In this document: piece after piece, positions 51,721 through 64,000 of the stretch
Layout of the letters: every line of letters starts with the position of its first letter
How positions within the stretch are numbered: the first letter of the stretch is position 1
Assembly: GCF_038025025.1 (NCBI RefSeq)
Contig: NW_027117350.1
Location: forward strand, 186,001-250,000
Reading direction: 5' to 3'
Source: Phyllosticta citribraziliensis
Taxonomy: Eukaryota
Length of the DNA stretch: 64,000 nucleotides
Made by a program: the position numbers and the translations under genes
Notes under the pieces: model-generated
What the model was told of the DNA's origin: nothing
Seen by the model: the letters and a program-made list of their open reading frames with translations, nothing else
Databases searched by the model: none

Positions 51721-54414
51721 ATGGACGCCATCGGCACTGGCGCCAAGCGGCTGCATTCAACAACATTGAGCAACGAGCCCACCAAAAAGAAGTGCCTCGG
51801 ACTGCAGCACCACCACTCGCCAGTGTACCAACGGACCCCTCATAAGTCTGGTCAGGATGAAGACGATGTCGAGGAACATAGCCAAGAACAGCCCCGCCAA
51901 GTGCCCAGCAGCAGACCTCCAAGCACTCCACCAGAGGCTCTCAAGGAGCAGACGTCGACGCCGCCAGCAACTTGTTTCTCTCTAGATGCCTCAATCGTTC
52001 TTGTCGGTTTCCGGGGAACAGGAAAATCTACTCTCGCAGTCATCGCCTCCCGTGCGTATCAGAGACGAGTCATTGACGTCGACCAAACCTTTCACGATGC
52101 AACCGGAGAAAGTGGCTCTAGCTACAGAAAAAGACATGGCGCCTCCCAGCATGGCCTGCTATATCTGCAAATTATGACGTCTCTGTTCGAAGCCTACGAC
52201 AAAGAGAGCATCCTCGTCTGTAGCATGAGCTCGATGGAACAAAATGTTCAGAAATACTTGCAGCAATACGCGACGACCCACCCCGTCATCCACGTCGTCA
52301 GAGATTCGCAGAGCATTCAAGAATACCTGTCAATCTCGGACAATGCGAGATTCCAAAACATTCTCCGTGCTGCAGAGGAAGTCATGAGGTCCTGCTCCAG
52401 TTTTGAGTTCTACAACGCACCTTCCCAACTGCCACCCCTTCCACACCACGGTGACTTCCACGCGGAACCACCAAGAGCCGTCGCAACCTCCCATTCTGCT
52501 CGATCCTCTCTTCCACCATTTCTGGCGCTCAAGAACGTGGAAACGCATTTTTTGAAATTTCTTTCGCTGATCACCCCTGGAGCTACATCACATCACATGG
52601 ATCACCCCCTCTCCAGCGTCCCCGTCCACCTACGGCCATGGACATACGCTGCCTCTGTCCGACTTTCAGCATTTGAGGATATCCTGGATTTGGATGCCCT
52701 GACCGTAGGCGCTGATGCCGTGGAGATCGTTGTGGACGAGAATTATCGGGAATGCCACGACCCCAAAAACATACAACGCCTCAACGACTTCGTAAAACCT
52801 GTTGTGAAAGCGTTTTCGCGCATCCGGAAGAGCAGCAATCCTCTCCCCATACTCTTTCATGTCGATCCAGCCATCCTCACACACGACGCGATATGTTATT
52901 TCGGGTTCGCTACCAGTACTACGAGAGGTTGCCCCGAATATATCACCTTCGATATTGGACAGACAAGTATGCTGAGGGGCGGTATGAAACACCTCAAAAA
53001 ACTCAGTGCAACCAAAAAGAAGACAAAAATCATTGGGCATGTTGGTGCGCACGACATGGAAGGAAGGCCATGGAATGACGAGAGTCTGGTCGAAGCTTAC
53101 AAACGGGCTCAGGACGTTGGATGCGATCTGGTGCGGTTCACGAAAAAGGGTGAATCCTTGGATGATACCTTCGCCATCCATGAGTTTACTCGTAGACTCG
53201 AATGCCTACCTGGTCCCAAGCTGCCGGTTATTGCATATGCGACCCATGAACGCGGACGGACCTCTGCATGTTTCAATCGAATTCTCACCGCAGTCACAGT
53301 ATCTGCGGACCAGACAAATCAGTCCAGGGCTGGTTTCTCTGTCATAACCGCCAAATCCGCTACTCAAGCGCTTTACAGCAGTTTTGTACTCGACCCTTTA
53401 CGATTCTTCATCATTGGAGCCAGCGCCAACTACAGTTTGTCACCTGCCATGCACAATGCGGCGTACAGCGCCTTGGGACTGCCTCATCATTATGACATCC
53501 ATCAGATTCCGGAACTGGAAGGCGTTGGAATCGTCATCAAGGACGAATGTTTTGGAGGCTCGAGCATTAGCCAGCCGTTCAAAGTCGAAATCATGGACCA
53601 CTTGGACGATCTGAGCCAGCATGCGCGAGCCATTGGCGCAGTCAACACGGTCCTTCCAGTGCGCCGGCTCAGCAAGGATGGAAAATTCCCGGACGTCGTC
53701 GAATTGTTCGCCGAACGCAGCGTGGCGGGGCCAGTCAAAAAGCTCTATGGCGAGAACACTGACTGGATCGGCATCACTGCCTGCATCAGCAATGGCCTCT
53801 CTCCTGCCAACGCCGTCGGACCTTCAACGACAGCCTTGATCATCGGTGCAGGCGGCATGGCAAGAGCTGCCGTCTATGCGCTCATCCACATGGGCGTGCG
53901 AAAAATTGGCATTTACAACCGGACGCAGGCCAACGCCGGGCGCCTCGTCGACCACTTCGTCGAGAAGTCCAAAGATGGCACGCCTCCTTGCACATTCTTC
54001 TTGCTCCGGTCTGTCGACCAACCCTGGCCATCGCACCACAGCCAGCCCACCATCGTCGTCTCATGCATTCCGACGCACGCCGTGGGCGACTCTCCGGCGC
54101 CTTACTTTACGCTGCCGCAGCAGTGGATGGGGTCCAAGACGGGCGGTGTCGTGCTCGAACTAGGCTACAAGACGCTCAACACGCCGCTGCTGCAACAGAT
54201 ACGCGCCTCAAGACGCCACAACTGGGTTGCCATGGATGGTCTGGACCTCCTTCCCGAACAGGGGTTCGCTCAATTTGAGCTATTCACTGGCAGGAGGGCA
54301 CCGCGCAGACTGATGCGTTACGAGGTATTGAACTGCTACATGCAGAGGATGAGCGAGAACGATGAGGCATTCGATTTGGTCAAAAGGCGCTTGTTGGAGC
54401 TCGAATCACGGTGA
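51721..54414 (+). CDS. qa-1S: Quinate repressor (shikimate kinase-like, type I dehydroquinase-like and shikimate dehydrogenase-like domains)
   Basis: LVGFRGTGKSTL, SLSPAMHNAAY, IGAVNT, NTDWIGI, IGAGGMARAA and QFELFTGRRAP; divergent from the activator (qutR orthologue). Confidence 0.92.
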   Translation: MDAIGTGAKRLHSTTLSNEPTKKKCLGLQHHHSPVYQRTPHKSGQDEDDVEEHSQEQPRQVPSSRPPSTPPEALKEQTSTPPATCFSLDASIVLVGFRGTGKSTLAVIASRAYQRRVIDVDQTFHDATGESGSSYRKRHGASQHGLLYLQIMTSLFEAYDKESILVCSMSSMEQNVQKYLQQYATTHPVIHVVRDSQSIQEYLSISDNARFQNILRAAEEVMRSCSSFEFYNAPSQLPPLPHHGDFHAEPPRAVATSHSARSSLPPFLALKNVETHFLKFLSLITPGATSHHMDHPLSSVPVHLRPWTYAASVRLSAFEDILDLDALTVGADAVEIVVDENYRECHDPKNIQRLNDFVKPVVKAFSRIRKSSNPLPILFHVDPAILTHDAICYFGFATSTTRGCPEYITFDIGQTSMLRGGMKHLKKLSATKKKTKIIGHVGAHDMEGRPWNDESLVEAYKRAQDVGCDLVRFTKKGESLDDTFAIHEFTRRLECLPGPKLPVIAYATHERGRTSACFNRILTAVTVSADQTNQSRAGFSVITAKSATQALYSSFVLDPLRFFIIGASANYSLSPAMHNAAYSALGLPHHYDIHQIPELEGVGIVIKDECFGGSSISQPFKVEIMDHLDDLSQHARAIGAVNTVLPVRRLSKDGKFPDVVELFAERSVAGPVKKLYGENTDWIGITACISNGLSPANAVGPSTTALIIGAGGMARAAVYALIHMGVRKIGIYNRTQANAGRLVDHFVEKSKDGTPPCTFFLLRSVDQPWPSHHSQPTIVVSCIPTHAVGDSPAPYFTLPQQWMGSKTGGVVLELGYKTLNTPLLQQIRASRRHNWVAMDGLDLLPEQGFAQFELFTGRRAPRRLMRYEVLNCYMQRMSENDEAFDLVKRRLLELESR

Positions 54415-57282
54415 AGCGTTTGCGAAGTCAGTCTTTGGCAAGTTTTGGAGTTTGCATTCCTAGGAGGCGAGGCGTGTGCTTCATCATTCCAATGAAATCG
54501 GAAGTTTGTCAAAACCATCCTTGGATGCGCCTGGAAGCTCCTCAACTGTGTCCCTGGGGTCAAACGATGCTGGTTATTTCTACCCTGGACACGGTCGGAT
54601 GCTGCAAAATCCTCGGAGACGCCTCGTCACTGTACCGAGTATTTGGAACGGAAAGAGGACCCAGTCTCCTTTGCCGAAAATTGAACGAGGGCGAGTAGAT
54701 GCTTGTGTTGAAGACTTCTCCTACTCCTCCTTCTTCACCTTCTGCTGTACTCATTCTTATCAGAGCCCTCCGACGGTGCCCCATGAATATAGCCTGAAGT
54801 GACCTAATCGTGAGTTAGCCCTGCCTTTTTTTTTGTTTTTTTTTACGTGCCACTTGTATCCCGTGCTTTTTCGGTTGTTGGAGGCCGAGAGGGGCGACAG
54901 AAGGCGACTCGCTTGGTTACTGTCCACCAGCGCCAATTTATCAACCTGGACAATTCCACGCCACAGAACCAGCGAAGGTAAGGTCCACATGAGTCCGTTG
55001 TGTGAACAAGGAGCACGGCGGAAGCCGCTGGTAGAGTCGCAAAGCTAGCAAGGACTTGAGGGGAGTTAGCTTGACACGCTAGCCAGATGAGGCATGCTGG
55101 ATATCTTGTTGTCAGTGGGACGTTTTGCTTCCTTGCTAGCGGTCGATGTGCCTGTGCTCATTGGAGCCAAAGATGACGAAGAGAGTCTTTAAGCAATTAG
55201 CCCCGCGGACATGCTGCAGTTCCCCGCATTCGAGTCAATTGGTATAGCATGTTTTGTTTTGCCCACGGCTCCACTGGAGTTTTGTTGAAAACCTTGGGCA
55301 GCTGAAGCGCAAAGAATCGGTGACACGAAAAAGAAATGCCAAACGAATTCTTCCGCAGAGCCTGCCGCCGAAACGCCCTTGGTCTTGATCTCAAACACCA
55401 ATGAGCGAATACGAGGGGGGGGGACACGGCTGGTTGAGTTCACATAAACTTTCCCAACGCAGAGGAAAGTTCGCAGTGTTCCTGAATGCATCCGCACCCG
55501 CCTGCCGCCTTGGCTGTGGGGATCGTGACCAATCAAGCGGCCACTTATTCAACCGGAGAGACAACCAAGCTCTGGTTGCTAAAGCGAGCAAATGCCGGCG
55601 TGCTGTTCTCCGGATGCGAAAGCGCACTGTTTCAAGTCATGATGACGCCTTGGAGCGGCAGCGGTGGCAGGAGACAGCGGAGGAGAGGGCGACTGGCAAA
55701 CGAGGCCTGGGCCGTCGGCCGTGGGTCTTTTGGGAATGCTCGCGGAACCATGTTTGGAGACCGGTCGTGCGACCTCGGCAGAATTCCGTCGAAGTGCAAG
55801 GTTTGTCTCCACGGCGAAGGTTCCACGTCAAAGACGGCAGTCGATTGCCTCTTCGAACGGATGACGAGAGCATGCCGTGAGGTGTACATATAATATAGCA
55901 CAAGTATTTGAAGGAAAGAGACACGGCGATGCGAAACACGCACGACAAGTGTTGGCAACGACGTCATCCCGTCAGAACAACGAGCCGCGTCGCGGACCAG
56001 CGGCGGCGGAAGCGTCTTGGCGGACCAAATGCTGGTGCAAGCGCGCTAAGCCGTGGCGTTGAGGATGGACTGGCGACTCTGGCGCTCCTGCCGCGACGCA
56101 GCCTTGTGTCCGAGAGGAGACAGGGCGGAGGATTTTGTTTGACAAGCCAGGACGGCGTTGGTGGTGTGCAAGGCACCTGGAGGCAAGTCTTAGCTCCGGA
56201 CTTGGCGGAAGCTTCGCTGCCATGCCTTTCTTTTTGTAGTTATGTATGTTGAGCGATTTTGAGGGGGGTCCTGGTGCTAATGCAGACGCAAGCTGTGGCG
56301 TGATTGGACAAGGTCAAGCATGGCCATTCCAGCCGTCGGCTTCCTGAGCTGAGCGAATAAAGGACAGAGGGCGGAAAAGAATTGGTTGACGCAAGTGGTC
56401 AGCGGCGATGAAACATGTTATACACGTTGCAAGAAATGGGCGTTTCCTCGACGATGCAGAGTGGTATCCTGGTAGGCACATCAGCTCAGGCACGCCGACC
56501 GGCCAGCCAGCGGATCCGACGGACGGAGAAGAGTGGAGGTGACGATCCACCTAGTGATGACGTGCAGATGGGAGCGGTAGTGGTTGTTTTGGTTGGAGCA
56601 GAGTGCGCAGGACGAGTGATGGACAAGCTGCATCCCCGCACCGCACATGTGTGTGGTCGGAAGTCGGATGGACGAGTGCCGACATGGGGTTGGAGTTGGC
56701 CTGGGGCGATGCAAATAAAATGGGAGCGAGCAGAGAATGGCTGTGCAGCAGAGTACGAGAGGCGCTGCTCGTGCTGACGACCACCTAGTGCACCCAGTTG
56801 CGCCGGTGACGTGCCCATATCCGGCAACAGAAGCATCCAATCCATTTCAGTCGTTCCAACCCCCATCTGCCATCGTCTGCCTGAGCCTGGGACTGCGACT
56901 GGGACCCTTGCCAAGCCCTCTCTCTCATTTGCCCCCCCCTGTCCTGTCCTGTTGCTTCTTTGACATCCATCCATCCCTTCGACGCGCCATCCTTCAACAC
57001 CAATTCTCCTGCTCTTCCTACCAGCCTACTCGTACGCATTCCTCCCACCCTCCCTCCTCCCGAGTCCCGACACGCTCGCCGCGGGAACTGGTGGCCGCAA
57101 TCAAGCTCCTTGGTCCGGGCTTCCCGCACTTGGCTCGCACTCGCACCACTGGCCTCTGACTCGCTCGCATCCCAGTCGCCAGCTCCCTGATCTAGATCCT
57201 CGATTGTCCTCTGCCATCCACTGCCGCTGGCTGCTCTTCGTCCTGTTGTACCTCGCTCGCTGCAGCCGGCCTTCCCCTCACC

Positions 57283-60200
57283 ATGGTCCACCTTTCCTCC
57301 CGACTCAGCCTCCCCAACCGCCTTAAGAGCACCGCTTCTCTACACTCGTCGTCTGCTACCATCGCTCCTACCGCCCCCACTACGGAACAGCCGCAGCCGC
57401 AGACCAGTCGCAGCACCAGCCCCAGACCCGCAATGGCCGGAGACGCCAAGAACTCGAACCTCGTGCTGCGCGTCAAGGTGCTCAAAGGCCACAACCTGGC
57501 CGCCAAAGATAAAGGCGGCACTAGCGATCCGGTGAGTGCTGCCTTCGTCAAGGGGGTGGCCCGCGCCTGCGGCCACGCCAGATTGCTGAACCGCCTCGCT
57601 GACGGACATAACCGCACAGTATTTGGTCCTCACCCTCGGCGACGCCAAAGAGGCAACTCCCGCAATCACAAAGACCCTCAATCCGGAATGGAATCAGACC
57701 TTCGACCTGCCCATCGCGGGCTCCCAGAGCCTGTTGCTTGAGGGCGTGTGCTGGGACAAGGACCGCTTCAGCAAGGACTACATGGGCGAGTTCGGAGTTG
57801 CCCTCGAGGACATCTTTGCCGCCGGCTTTGGAGAACAAGAACCCAGATGGTTCGCTCTCGAAAGTAGGAGAAGCGGTCGCAAGAGCAGTCACGTCACTGG
57901 TGAGGTGCTGCTGCAGTTCCAGATTCTAGACCTCGCCAATCCTTCCGCCACGCCGGATCAGCTGCAACAGAAGCTGATGGGGACGCTGGGCTTCTCCTCC
58001 GACGAAGACGAGGAACTGGAGCGCTTGAGTAGCGGCGAGCTGGACGAGGAGTCCGAGGACGAGTCTGACGAGACTGACGACTCGAAAAAGTCGGACAAGA
58101 AGGAGAAGAAGAAGCGGCGCCTACGAATGGCCAAGCTACGGAGAAAGGCAAAGCAGCGCTCCTACGAGTTCAATGGCAACTCGGACATTGCCGGCGTTCT
58201 CTTCCTAGAGATTCAGAAGATCACGGATCTACCCCCAGAAAAGAACCGTAGGTTCCGTGGTTCATACGCGATGGGCCATGAACTAACACGAACATAGTGA
58301 CCCGAACCGGATTTGACATGGACCCTTTTGTCGTCACTTCGCTGGGGAAGCGAACGTACCGAACTCGCGCAATCCGCCATAACTTGAACCCCGTTTTCGA
58401 CGAAAAGCTGGTCTTCCAGGTCATGAAGCACGAGACCAAATTCTCTCTCAATTTCCAAGTCGTGGACAAGGATAAGCTGTCCAACCACGACTACGTTGGT
58501 GCGGCGAATTTTCCACTGGAGAACTGCACTTTGGTCGCTCCCGAAGCCGATGCGGCCACTGGTCTGTACAAACTGCCGGAGCCCCAGGAAGCTGGCTCAG
58601 CTGTGGCGCAAGTGCAAGATGGACCTCGAAAGTCCCGATTCCGATTACCATTGTCTAGATCATCTTCAGCCGCAAGTTTGCAGCGTGCGGCTAAACCGCC
58701 GCTGAAAAAGGAAAGCTCCTTCACATCATTATCATCAAGTCTCAACGGTTCCGAAGTCAGGCCTACTGCGGATGCGGCGACCAGCACTCCATCTGGAAGC
58801 ACTCCAAACCGAAGTCAAAGGGACATCCCTGCAATTAATGTTGACCCGTCGCCGGCGCAGGGAGGGCCTGCGCAAGACGACGACGGCTTCCGGCTCTACA
58901 CGATACCCCTGGAACTGAAGAAGAGTGACCGTTGGGAGGGAAAGCATTCTCCACAACTTTACATTAAGGCCAAGTACATGCCGTACCGGGCGTTGAGGCA
59001 GCAATTTTGGCGCGCCATGCTTAAGCATTATGACGCGGACGACAGTGGCCGAATCGACAAGATTGAGCTCAGCACGATGCTGGACACGTTGGGCTCTACT
59101 CTGCACGACGCTACGATTGACAGTTTCTTTGAGCGGTTCGCCCAGGAGAACAACGGAGAGTACGAATTGACCTTTGACCAGGCAGTCATTTGCCTCGAGG
59201 ATCAGATCCAACAGACCCAGGAGCGCGCGGCAAGAGTACGGGGCCAATTGACTCCAACGCTTTCGTCTTCTATCGGCCAACAATCTGACCCGCCAACGCC
59301 GTCAATGTCGTCTAGTTCCGGAACTCCGCTCAACAATTTGTCCCACACTTCTGTGATCCCGACCATAGAGCAAGAGCATATGGGCGAAGAAGGCGAAGAG
59401 GGTTATTTCTTGGACAAGGACGATCTCGCCGACGACAAGGGCGAGGAGCACGTGGTGGAGATTCGAGAATGTCCCATTTGTCACCAGCCGCGCCTGAACA
59501 AGAGGACAGAGGCTGATATTATCACCCATGTCGCTACTTGCGCCAGTCAGGACTGGAGACAGGTGAACAACATCGTCATGGCCGGCTTCGTCACTTCCAG
59601 CCAAGCACAGCGCAAGTGGTACTCCAAGGTCATCACCAAGGTCTCCTACGGTGGCTACAAGCTGGGTGCCAACTCAGCGAACATTCTTGTCCAGGATCGC
59701 ATTACTGGTCAGATAAATGAGGAGCGTATGAGCGTTTATGTACGACTTGGCATTCGATTGCTCTACAAGGGCCTGAAGAGGGGAGAGATGGAGGGCAAAA
59801 AAGGTAGGATTCACAAGACCTCCGAACGATTACATGCTAATTTTCCACAGCACGAAAGCTTCTCAAGTCTCTGAGTATCAAACAAGGCAAAAAGTACGAC
59901 GATCCTGCTTCTGCAGCCGAAATTCCCGGCTTTATCGCTTTCCATCAACTGGATATGTCAGAAGTCTTGAAGCCCATCGAGGAGTTCAAGACTTTCAACG
60001 AGTTCTTCTACCGCGCTCTGAAACCGGAAGCACGACCTTGCTCTGCTCCTGACGACCCGCAAATCATCACATCGCCCGCAGACTGCCGGAGCGTAGTATT
60101 CAACGAGATGAAGCGCGCGCAGGAAGTATGGGTCAAGGGTCGTGGCTTCACCATTGAACGCCTGCTCGGCAAGGCTTACCCAGAGGACGTGTCTCGGTTC

Positions 60201-60815
60201 GAGGGTGGTGCTCTTGGAATCTTCCGACTGGCGCCCCAAGACTACCATAGGTTCCATATACCGGTTGATGGCGTCATGGGCGAACCCAAGACAATTGAGG
60301 GAGAGTACTACACAGTCAACCCTATGGCCATCCGTTCAGCTCTCGACGTATACGGTGAGAACGTGAGAGTATGCGTCCCCATCGATTCTGTCTGTCATGG
60401 AAGAGTCATGGTCATTTGCGTTGGCGCCATGATGGTTGGCAGCACCGTCATTACCCGCGAGGCTGGGGAGCACGTTTCAAGGGCAGAGGAGCTGGGTTAC
60501 TTCAAATTTGGAGGCAGCACGATCCTCCTCCTCTTCGAGCCAGGTGTGATGCAGTGGGATGATGATCTTGCCGAAAACTCAAATGGCGCGCTCGAGACGC
60601 TGGTAAGTCTTGCCACTCAATCTTAGTTTCGACCCTTCTGACATGTATAGATTCGCGTCGGCATGTCAATAGGTCACAGCATTGGACGTGCCCCATACAC
60701 GCCAGACATGCGTAAGAGTAACCCAACCGTGGACGAAAAGCAGGACGCAAAGCGCCGCATTGAAGGCAACTTGGCGCCGCAAATGGACCTGCCGTTGGGC
60801 CCCAGCCTCAAATAG
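57283..60815 (+). CDS. PSD2: Phosphatidylserine decarboxylase 2 (two C2 domains, EF-hand-like region)
   Basis: C2 motif GHNLAAKDKGGTSDP, FNEFFYR, RLAPQDYHRFH, autocleavage motif FGGST; 4 introns. Confidence 0.94.
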
Positions 60816-61565
60816 ATAGGGGAGTCTCAAGCCATGGATGCATAATGATGATACGAATGCTTGTGCCTTGAGCGAGCGATTGGAAGATTTGATCGAGCGA
60901 GATTCACCCTGTACGGGAACTAGACTACACATACTAGCTGAGAGACATATTGCTTGGGGAGCAGGAGCTCAGAATGATGAGCCGCTCCATGTACAAATTT
61001 CAACATTGCATTGTGCCGTGGATGTGTGAATGTTCGTGGATGTATAAATGTCCCTGGAAGCGGAGGAGCGGGGATGCCACTTTCGGAATGGTCACGTGCT
61101 TGTTGTTTTGATTTTCCGCTTCTTGGCGGGGTGCGCATGCAAGCCGGTCAACACCAAAGCACCGACACCGACTTCCCTCACAGCGCATATCGCGTTCGGA
61201 CCACGCCCAACCGCCCAACAACCTCTATCCATTAGCCGCGGGCTCGCAATCATTATCTCCAACGCGTCCCTTTTCCCCACGACGCCTGAGGACCTTTCCG
61301 AATCCCGCAACGCGCGTCAAGGATAGCTCCAGCGCGCGCATCGAGCCCAGGAGCACCACATTAGTCCAACACCAGGACAACATCGAAGCGGTGCATCGAA
61401 CACCGCGTGTCGGTCTTTGGCTTTCCCAACCGCGACGACCACGGAGCCTACCCGCGCTGCGGCGAGCAGCCTTTGCTCGCATACCGACCTTGCCATCGAC
61501 GCAATCGCCCTCCGCCCCCTCCGCCCGAGCGCGCAATAGATCCCTCGGAGCGACGCGCCGCGTCC

Positions 61566-63788
61566 ATGACTGCCTTGGTCGTGCGCTCGCCCTTGCAGTC
61601 CTTGAGCATGACGTCGACCCAGCGCGCATCGGGGAGACGGCGCAGCGCGCGCCTCGCTTTCCAGGATGACGAACCGGTGGTGGTGGCCCCTGTGAAGAGG
61701 GCAAAGACTGGGCCGAGTGGGGGTGCAAAATTGAATGAATCGGAGGAGGTGAATGGGGTTAATGGAGTGGGGAATAAGGTGGAGAGCAAGGGAAAAGCTG
61801 GTGCGGCACGAGGAAGGGCGGCAAAGAGTGGTGAGTCGAATATTCCATCACGGAGAATTCCTTGTGGGAAGAGTGCTCTGGGAAACTGGCGATAGCTCGC
61901 TTGGATTTGGGTGCGGAATACATTTACTGACGATCGCGAGCAGCGTCGTATGAAGAGGAAGACGATGGCTTCACTTTTTCAAGAGGACGTTCATGGAAAA
62001 CGGCGAAGAAACCAACAACCGCGCCTGTTCGAGAAGAGCCCGAACCCGAACCTGCACCACCGAAAGCCACCAACGCTGCAAAACCCGCCCCGGCCAAGCC
62101 CGCCCCAAGCGAGCCCGCAAAGAAGTCGAAGACCACAAAAAAGTCACTGGCCGCGATTGCACCTGCTGTAGCGGACGAGATTGAGCCAGGTCCGAAGAGG
62201 CGGAGGTCGGCAAGGCTGTCCGGTGATAACGTCGCTCCAAATCAACCCCACCCTGTCGCAACGCCAGCTGCCGAAAAGCCCAAGAGGACCCGCAAGAGCG
62301 CCGTTGAGAAGGGGGCGCAAACACCCAAAAGCCGTACGGAGGACGAAGAGGGCTTAGCTCTTGTGGGCGAAAACGGCGCGCAACCCCAATCGGACCAGCC
62401 CAGCCGTGAGGGTACGAAAATTGCGCTTCCGTTCGCCGACACACCCATTATAAAACGGAACAAGGAGCTGCGGAAAGGTGGAGGTTCGGGGCACCGGCGG
62501 AGTAGCACCGGTCTACGCGGTAGGCGGGCCAGCTCTCTAATTGACAGCGGCACTTCAAACGGTAAGCATCCTTTGCTCCAGGAGAGCCGAAAGTTGGATT
62601 TTGTAACTCAGGATGCTAACGATGATCCAGCTGTCCCGCACGCCGAGGTGGCCACGGAGGAGTTTTACAAGCTCATCGAAGACAGCCTGCCTGAACCTCG
62701 ACGAATGAAGCAATTGCTGGTATGGTGCGGAACAAGAGCTTTACCAGAAAAGCCGAGCGGCGATGTACAGGATTCGAGCGCCATCATGGCAGGTAAGTGG
62801 CTTGGCGGGCTCTGTGCGGCTCAGCGGAGCGGGCCGCGGAGGCTAACTCGGAGTCGCAGCACGTGCAATACAACAAGAGCTCCTCAATGATTTTGCCAGC
62901 AAGTCGGAAATGTCGAATTGGTTTGATCGCGAGGACGTCGAGCCAACTGCCATTGTCAAGAAGCCAAACCCACGGAACGAAGACAATGCTAAGAGGCTGG
63001 AAGAACTCGAGGCAGAGGTCAAGCGGTAAGTTGAGAAGTGACAACGACTGGGCGGCATGGATGCTGATTGGGGTAACAGATTGCAAGAAGAAAAGAAGTC
63101 TTGGGAAAAGCTTCTCAAGAAACCAGAAGCACTATCATCGCGAGATACGGAGACGTTGCCAGACGCGCCGCCTTCAGATCTTGCGCCGGGCAACAGCCTC
63201 GAGATCAACCCATCTTTGCTCGATCCAGAGCAAGCAAGCATACTTCAGCAACTCAAAGATCTCAGCCTGAACCTGAATCTCTCCGCCGACGCCGCATTAT
63301 CCTCGAAACCCGCCGCCTCAGCACCAGAACCTTCCACCTCCAAACCAGAATCACCAGACGAGCCTCCCGAAACAGCACCACCCACTGCTGCCGACCCAGC
63401 CCAACCATCGACCTCCTCGCAAGACCCATCATCAGCCTCGACTGCGCCGCAACCTACCACCTCGACAACCCCTGCGCCCTCCACACAACAACAATCTGAC
63501 ATCCATACCCGCCTGCGCACCATCGCTGTCTCCCTTCCTGCACAAGCCGACCTCTTCGCCGACGGCGTCCACAAGCTCGCCCAGTACCGTGCCGCTGCCG
63601 ACCGCGTCGCCGACGCCGTCCTCGCGTCCGCTGCGCAACGTCTCGAACAGCGCGACCGCGAGGCCCGGGAGCGCGCTGGCACGGCGGCCGTTGGAGGACT
63701 TGACGTTCTCAGGGGTTTGGCTGGTGTGCTCAGTGGAGGCACGGGCAATGGTCATGGGGACGGTGAAGGGGCTAGCGAGAAGAGATGA
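61566..63788 (+). CDS. DSN1: Mis12-complex kinetochore subunit Dsn1/Mis13
   Basis: IALPFADTPIIKRN, RRSSTGLRGRRASSL, PHAEV..EEFYKLI and LPEPRRMKQLLVWCG; 4 introns. Confidence 0.85.
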
Positions 63789-63959
63789 GAAGAGGTGACA
63801 AGAATGAGACGTGTTTGTTTGACCCTGTCGAGCTCTTGCTCTCTGAGGCTCTGAGGCATCTGGGGTGTGCTCCGTTCAGCTGGCGCGGCTTTCGTGCACC
63901 CGACAAACCTCTAGGGAAAGACGACTTGTGATGAGACAGGAGCAACAAGAAGCCCTCCC

Positions 63960-63978
63960 CGCATCGCATCGCATCGCA
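63960..63978 (+). repeat. (CGCAT)n microsatellite
   Basis: About four tandem pentamer units directly visible. Confidence 0.75.
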
Positions 63979-64000
63979 GCATTCATTGATGCAGCCCTGA

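Overview
Gene-dense, intron-containing eukaryotic DNA from a filamentous ascomycete (Pezizomycotina-type CTRAC branch points, introns mostly about 50-60 nt). The left half holds housekeeping genes: GAL1 3' end, DPM1, a transcriptional cyclin, THI20-like, DBP2, VMS1, ROG1-like lipase, a lipid kinase, GUD1, RPT5, trimethyllysine dioxygenase and two intron-containing tRNAs. From 35.1 to 54.4 kb lies a complete quinate-utilisation (qa/qut) cluster arranged as four divergent gene pairs, with an adjacent hydroxyquinol-type intradiol dioxygenase. PSD2 and DSN1/Mis13 follow. Three features are not explained by the gene set. (1) A dispersed family of about 180-250 bp non-autonomous elements with CAC...GTG termini (consensus CACAGTG), 4-bp target duplications and a variable number of internal 33-bp units; 4 full copies and 3 relics are visible. 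(2) A long DBP2 intron with nested complementary segments that enclose an alternative, stop-generating 3' splice site. (3) A second, AT-rich TIR element with an internal 24-bp-arm palindrome in a qa divergent promoter. Exon boundaries were read by eye and protein identities come from recalled family motifs, not database searches.
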